A program made the translations under genes and the position numbers. DNA of 64,000 nucleotides from assembly GCF_009914755.1 (NCBI RefSeq), contig NC_060937.1; one strand, written 5' to 3'. The stretch comes from the human T2T-CHM13v2.0 reference genome, Homo sapiens. Shown here piece after piece: positions 57,750-64,000 of this stretch (its first letter is position 1; every line of letters starts with the position of its first letter). Under the pieces are notes generated by a model, which worked only from the letters and a program-made list of their open reading frames with translations, searched no databases and was not told the DNA's origin.

Positions 57750-58412
57750 ACATTTAAAAAATTGGGCTAAAATATACGTAACATGAAATATGCCATTTAA
57801 GCATTTTGAGTTTAGTGGCATCGATTACACTCACAATGTTGTGCTTCCACCACCACTATGCATTTTTTTTTTTTTTTTTTTTGAGATGGAGTCTCACTCT
57901 GTCACCAGGCTGGAGTGCAGCGGCGCAATCTTGGCTCACTGCAACCGCCAACTCCCTGCTTCAAGTAATTCTCTTGCCTCAGCCTCCCGAGTAGTTGGGA
58001 TTAAAGGTGTGTGCTACCATACCCAGCTAATTTTTGTATTTTTAGTAGAGATAGATATATTGTCACCATGATGGCCAGGATGGTCTTGATCTCCTGACCC
58101 TGTGATCCACCCATCTCGAACTCCTGACCTCAAATAATCCACCTGCCTCGGCCTCCCAAAGTGCTGGGATTACAGGAGTGAGCCACAGTGCCGGATCAAC
58201 CGCTATGCATTTCTAAAACCCTTTCCTCACATCACCCTACACTGAAACTCTGTACCCATTAAGCAATAACTCCCCATTCCTCTCTCCGCCCAGCCCCTGG
58301 TAACCTCTAATCTACTTGCTGTCTATGAACTTGCCTGTTCCAGATAGTTCATATAAATGGAATCATACAATCTATGTTCTTTTGTGACTGGCTTATTTCA
58401 TTTAGCATATTT
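57750..58412 (-). mobile_element. L1MB-type 3' end split by an Alu
   Basis: actgaaactctgtacccattaagcaataactccccattcc...atataaatggaatcatacaa. Confidence 0.85.
57866..58197 (-). mobile_element. AluS with internal left-arm duplication (apparent chimera)
   Basis: TSD accactatgcattt (57852-57865) / accgctatgcattt (58199-58212). Confidence 0.93.
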
Positions 58413-59119
58413 TCTATTTGTTTTTAATGAGGCTTTTGGGTAAAAAAGGCAAGTCCTGAGAAAATTCTCTCATTGGAAAAGGTCAAGGCAAAAGAGAAAA
58501 GAAAGCCTTCTCTGAAGCAGAAAAATCAGAACTCAGTATTGGCTGGTGTGACTTTCTCTGGGAGTCTTGCACATGCTGAGGCTCCCTCCACGTTTCAAGA
58601 GCAGGCCTTGGAGAGGGACAACCCTGATTACCTACACCTCACTTGCACCTCCACAGGGTACAAGGTTCTGGCTGAGGCACTCCCTCACCACCGATCTGTT
58701 GCATGCCACATTCCTACCTTCTTTAAAACGGCTAAATGGATTTTTTAGAAGACTGAAGAAAATAAGTGACCAAGAATTTCAAATGAGGTAACCCAAGAAG
58801 CAGTGTTTAGAGTTAATTAGCCATTGAACTGTCAAGCCCAGTCACATCCAGTGAATTCTGACGTTTCTGAGAATAATCAGGGACTTGGCTGTCACATTTC
58901 ACAAAGACCCAACCACTACGTGAACAAGTTCTACCTGCTTTTCCTGCACGATGTCCAGAAACACACACATAAAGGAGAATAATACCCAAAGCTAATTGCA
59001 GATCCTTGGGAGGAAGTGTCATGTTTTTGAAGAACTTATCCTATTTTTGCAGTGAAATATAATGACTCCATTTAAAGGGTAGAAGTCAGTGGCACTTTAA
59101 AGCCATCTGAAATCACTGG

Positions 59120-59271
59120 TGATAATAATAGCCAACATGTACTGTGTGCCTACTATGTGCCAGGCTCTATGTTAAGGGCCACAGAGCCTATGAGGAGGAT
59201 ACATATATTATCTCAATTGATACATGAGGAAACTGAGACACAGGATATGTAAGTTTTTCAGGGTCACACAG
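59120..59271 (-). mobile_element. MIR (resumes after the MST LTR)
   Basis: ctactatgtgccaggc...atgaggaaactgagacacag...gggtcacacag. Confidence 0.75.
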
Positions 59272-59665
59272 TGTCTTAGTTCATTTTGTGTTGCTAAAGC
59301 AAAAAGCCTCTATAAAGAAATAGGTTTATTTAGCTCATGGTTCTGCAGGCTGCGAAATTCAAGGTCAGGTGGCTGCCTCTGATGGCTTCTGGTGAGATCC
59401 TCATGCTGGGTCAAAACATCACAGAGAAATGAAAGGGGAACCAGATGTGTGGAAAGAGCAAAAAAATTGTTACTTCACTTTCCAACAACCTGCTCTTGGA
59501 GGAACTAATCCATTCCTGCAAGACTAACCCAGTCTTTCAAGAAAGGCGTTAATCTATCCTAAGACTTAATCACCTCTTAAAGGCACCACCTCCCAACACA
59601 GCTACATTGTCAATTAAATTTTAACGTGAGTTTTGCTGGGGACAAACCACATCCAAATTATAGCA
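59272..59665 (-). mobile_element. MaLR solo LTR (MST family)
   Basis: tgtcttagttcattttgtgttgct...ggggacaaaccacatccaaattatagca; 5-bp TSD cacag/catag. Confidence 0.88.
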
Positions 59666-60348
59666 CATAGACAAGGTCAAACCCAGGCAGTCCAGCTCCA
59701 GAACTGGTGCTCTCAGCAATGGTGCTCAATGTCTCTTGGCCATACCACTGGACTACGCTGCTGTGGGACCAGCCAGCTTTTCTGGTGTACATTATTAGTC
59801 TCATCATAAAGCATCCATGATTCTGATTTCTTGCCCTCTAGGAACTGTTACTCAAGCGAGAAATAAATGTATCTGTAATATATTTAACTCATCCCATACT
59901 CAAGTGACTGCTTCTTAATTATCTCCTACCATCTTCATTCACTCATCAGATATTTCTTGAGCATTTACTATGTTCAAGACATTGTGTCAAGCCATGTAAG
60001 AGAGAAAAAAATTAGGGACTTCCCAGAAGGAACTTACACTCTAGTTGAGGAAATAACACATATAATATGTATAATAATATAAGACAAGGTGGTATAATAC
60101 AAGGTAAAGTATAACACAAGATAATATAATACAAGATAAAAGTGGTAAGTACCACAAGAATAATATTTAGGGCTATAGTTATTCAGAAGAGAGAAATGAC
60201 TTATAGGATGAGTGTGAATGTGTTTGTGTGTGTGTGTGCGTGCGCACTGAGCAAGGTGGGAAAAATTTGGTGCAGAGAAGATAGGAAGAAAAGAGATAAG
60301 GAAAAAAGAATCAGAGAAGACTATAAAGAAAGGAATGAGATAAGCATT

Positions 60349-60730
60349 TGCTATGGGCTCAATTATGTTTTCACAAAATTTGTAGGTTGGAATATTAGTC
60401 CCTGGTATCCCAAATGTGGCTATATTTGAAGATAAGGCCTTTAAAGAGGTAATTTTAAATGAGATCATCAGGGTGGGCCCTAATCCAATATGACCATTGC
60501 CCTTATAAGAAGAGGACATTTGGACACCAAGAGGCAGAAGGAGGACAACGTGAAGATGCAGGGAGAAGACAGCCATCTACCAGCCAAGGAGAGAGGCATC
60601 AGAAGGAACCAACCCTGCTGGCACCTTGATTTCAAACATCTAGTTTCCGGAAAATACATTTCTGTTGTTTAAGCCACCAGTCTGTAGTACTTTGTCATGG
60701 CAGCCAAAGCAGACTTGGGCTGATAATACA
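60349..60730 (+). mobile_element. MaLR solo LTR (MLT1A/B-like)
   Basis: tgctatgggct...gggtgggccctaatccaatatgac...taataca; TSD gcatt/gcctt. Confidence 0.88.
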
Positions 60731-61545
60731 GCCTTGGAAAAGAGAGGGTTTGGACCTGGGGAGATATAAGCTGATGGAAGGGAATGGGGGAGCAAGTTTG
60801 GAACAACTGGATTTTATTCAGTGAATAATGGGGGGCTGTTGCAGGTTCTGGGACAGGAGTAACATGAACAGCAATCATTCACTGTATTTCATTCATTCGG
60901 CAAACATTTACTGAGAACCTGCCCTGTGCCAGGTATTGCCAATACCAGCTCCAGACCTGCAGCTACAAATAAAACACCTCAGCACAGTATTTTTCAAAGG
61001 AACCCATGACTGGGTAAGAAAAAAAAATTGAAAATGGGTTAGACTAAAGAGAGCATGGGGGTGGGGACACTCGTTAGAAGCCTTTTATCCTGGCCTAACT
61101 CAATGCTTTTCCATCTTCTCTGGAAAGAGTCTGATATAAATCCCCCAGGGAAGTGTCCTCCTCAATGTCCACCCCCACTCCTTGGCCCTGTTCCCAATCA
61201 TAGGCAATGGAGCTGCCACATCTCTGCTTAGCTTCACTGGCCAAGAATATTTGGTTGAGCTTTGCCTCCTATAGTTAGCATTATGTGACATGACTTTATT
61301 ATTCCTTTCAAATATAGATATTAAATTGAGTTATCTTTCCCAAACTCCACATTCTATCAGGAGATATTGAAGTAACTACTCCCCTCCCCACTCCAGCAGC
61401 TCTGCCCAATACATTCCTGCACCCACCACCACAGGCAATGGTGTTTTGATAGCAAAGAGCATCTCTGTTGGGTAATGAATGAAAAAACAAAAAAGGAAAA
61501 AAAAATATAGAAATAAGATCTCTACAGTGACAAATCTTTCCTCAG

Positions 61546-62025
61546 TGTGACAGGAAGAATAATGGTTCCCAAAGATGTCCACATCCTCATCCCTAGCACT
61601 GGTAAATATTTCACCTTGCAAGTGTGGTTAAGTTTCAGGCCCTGAGATAGTGAGATGAGCCTGGATTATCCAGGAGGACTCAATCTAATCACATCGTTCT
61701 TAAAAACGAGAAGGCCTTTCCCAGCTGTCATCAGAGGGAGCCGTAACTGTGGAAGAATGGTCAGAGACACGCACCGTGGCTGGCTTTGAAGATGGAGGAA
61801 GGGGCCATGAGCCAAGGGGTGGGGACAGCCTCTAGAAGCTGGAAAAGACAAGTGAATGGATTCCCCTTAGAGCCCCCCAAAAAGGAACACAGCTCTGCTG
61901 ATACCTTGATTATAACCCATTGACACCCACGTCAGAATTCTAACTATAGAGTTGTAAGATAATAAATTTGTGTTCCTTTAAGCCACTAATGTAATTTGTT
62001 ACAAGGCCAATAGAACACTAATGCA
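61546..62025 (+). mobile_element. MaLR solo LTR (MLT1D-like)
   Basis: gaataatggttcccaaagatgtccacatcct...cctctagaagctggaaaagac...aataaatttgtgt. Confidence 0.88.
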
Positions 62026-62129
62026 CTCCATTTGCCATAATTCAAACAAGCTAGAACTTCTTATCTGAAGAATGCATCCTTTCAGGATTGCCTTTATAGT
62101 ACCTTCCTGTTCACAATACCCTTGCCCCA

Positions 62130-62275
62130 TGTGATAGACTCGTTGGTCTTATTTTTCCTCCCAGATTCTAAGCTCCTTAAGGGCAGAGACTGGATCATTT
62201 ATTCCAGTATCTGTAGTGCCAGCATAGTGTCTGCCACATAGTAGACTTCAATAACTATAAATTAAATGAATGTAT
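62130..62275 (+). mobile_element. L2 3' end
   Basis: taagctccttaagggcagagac...agcatagtgtctgccacatagtagacttcaataa...atgaatg. Confidence 0.75.
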
Positions 62276-64000
62276 GGAAGCCCAAAGCTGCACAGAGCTT
62301 CATAAAGCCCCAACAGAACCTCCAAAGAGAGGCACTAGTGTTTCTTTTCAGACATAAAGGGGTCAAGTCTGATGTCACCATTGATGTATATATATGTCAT
62401 TATGTTGAATTGAATTTCTGTTAACTGTAACCATGACAACAACACATCCCATTCACATGTAGAGAACAGTGAGTCGTTTGGACAAGCATCAGTGAAGGCC
62501 CGGCTTCCTAAGAAAACCTTTGTGCAATATGACTCCGAGCCCCTTTTCATGAAGTGTGCTCAACAGCAGGGCCTGTTCTAAATGGCTCTCTCTTATGTGG
62601 TTCATTTAACTGGTCCATGGAACCCAGAAACAAAGCTTCATTGCTTTGGATGCACTCCTTGTGAAATTATGTCTGTTTTTGCAAAGAAATGATCTTTTCA
62701 TTCACAATTTTTCACTGTTGGGTAGAGAGCATGAAAGTCGCTTTCTAGAAAAGCTGATGGTGGGTAGTTAAAAAAGAAAGAATGCAGCTTCCTCCCCATT
62801 GTATCTTTGGTAATTATTTTCAACTGTCATGAGCAGAAACTCAGGAAGCTGGGGGAATGGAGTCTAGAAAAAGCCCTACTGGCCAGGATCTGCTCTATGG
62901 TTGCTCTCTCCACAATTAAGCTGCTCTGTAAGGGCACTCTGCAACCTCCCTGCTGTTGCTGCTTGACCTACCAGCCTCAGGCTACAGCTGAGATCCTGCC
63001 TCTGGAGTGGCTTCCATCCCTCCCACAAGGACTTGAAGAGCTTGACCAGGTACACGGTCAGACGTCTACCCACCCAACACTTGGGTCTTTGGGTAGCTGT
63101 TCTCCTTCCAGTTCACCTGTGGTGAGAGTTGACTTCTTATCTTCTCCCCATACCCTGAGGGCCTCTCACTGGAGACCAGTGTTTTCCCTCCTGCTTCCAG
63201 GTCCTCTCTGCAATCATTTGCCCATCTCCAAACCTGACTTCAGGTAACAGATTCGACTTTGCTCCAACTATCCCCAAAGCAGACCCATGAAAGTGTTCCA
63301 TTCAGGACAGTTTATTATGGCCAGGCCATCCGAATGAAACGCAACTCTCTTCGGTGATGCTTCCTTCACTATAAACGTCACAGTGTTGAGAGACTGCTTG
63401 TGTGCACGTTTCCAAGTCAGGTGAACTTTCCCTTTTGGTTCCCAGTTCCAACTCCTCAGGCAAGGACATAAGGCTGGCCAGTGATGGTCCTAAATTTATC
63501 CCCATGGGCTGAGGGGAGCAATTCTTTCCCCTCCATATCAAAATAGTCATCTAGCAGGGGTTGTGGTGACTTTAATGTGCCCTGGGCAGTAGTAGATACA
63601 GGTTCATCAGGTCTTAGTCAGTAAACAGGAAGCGCATGGTTGCAGAGCAGAGCTGGGCAGCTGCCACACAATTTTTTTCTTCTTGGCTCATGTATGAGTG
63701 TTTCTGTGGCTCCAGGTCTCTGACGGAGGCATATCGAAATCAAGAAATATTTAATGAGTCACTAATATATATTAACCACTGTAACTTAGCTTGACCAGAA
63801 AAGAAAATAGATGGGCTAGCAATGAAACATTCGGAATAAACCCTAAGCCATTACCAACTGTGGTCATTGGTCATTGGAAGAGCTGAACTGAGGTCACAGC
63901 AGGAGCCCCAGAGCAGGTTCAGGGCAGGAGGAGCCTGGGGAGGCCCCCTCCCAGCAGAAGGGCTCAGTGGTGAGCAGCCGCAGCATCCTTCAGGGGAGGG

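Noticed and set aside
60034-60576. 180-aa hydrophobic ORF on the minus strand
   Set aside because: Composed of MLT1 LTR, a TG repeat and low-complexity sequence

Overview
Non-coding anthropoid-primate (probably human) genomic DNA, intergenic or intronic. I found no credible protein-coding exon. The ORF track consists of Alu, L1, LTR and chance ORFs, apart from decayed Hsmar1 transposase and L1 ORF2 fragments. The window holds more than 20 Alu/FLAM/FAM copies, MIR and L2 relics, old L1M fragments, solo LTRs (MER41, MER57, MER21, MLT1, MST), DNA transposons (MER3, MER5, MER47A), a near-full-length Hsmar1 mariner (15642-16869) and a 3'-truncated 7SL retropseudogene split by an Alu (8771-9276). 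The sequence does not show a new multi-gene system. The best leads are: (1) an old local duplication at 48.7/49.8 kb whose invariant core is a steroid-receptor-like 15-mer; (2) the tailless 7SL/Alu/L2 nest with asymmetric CpG retention; (3) a MER41 solo LTR retaining a GAS site; (4) a perfect 113-bp tandem duplication; (5) several small repair or retroposition scars. Family and subfamily names come from recalled consensus sequences and need Dfam/RepeatMasker confirmation. Boundaries of old repeats are approximate.
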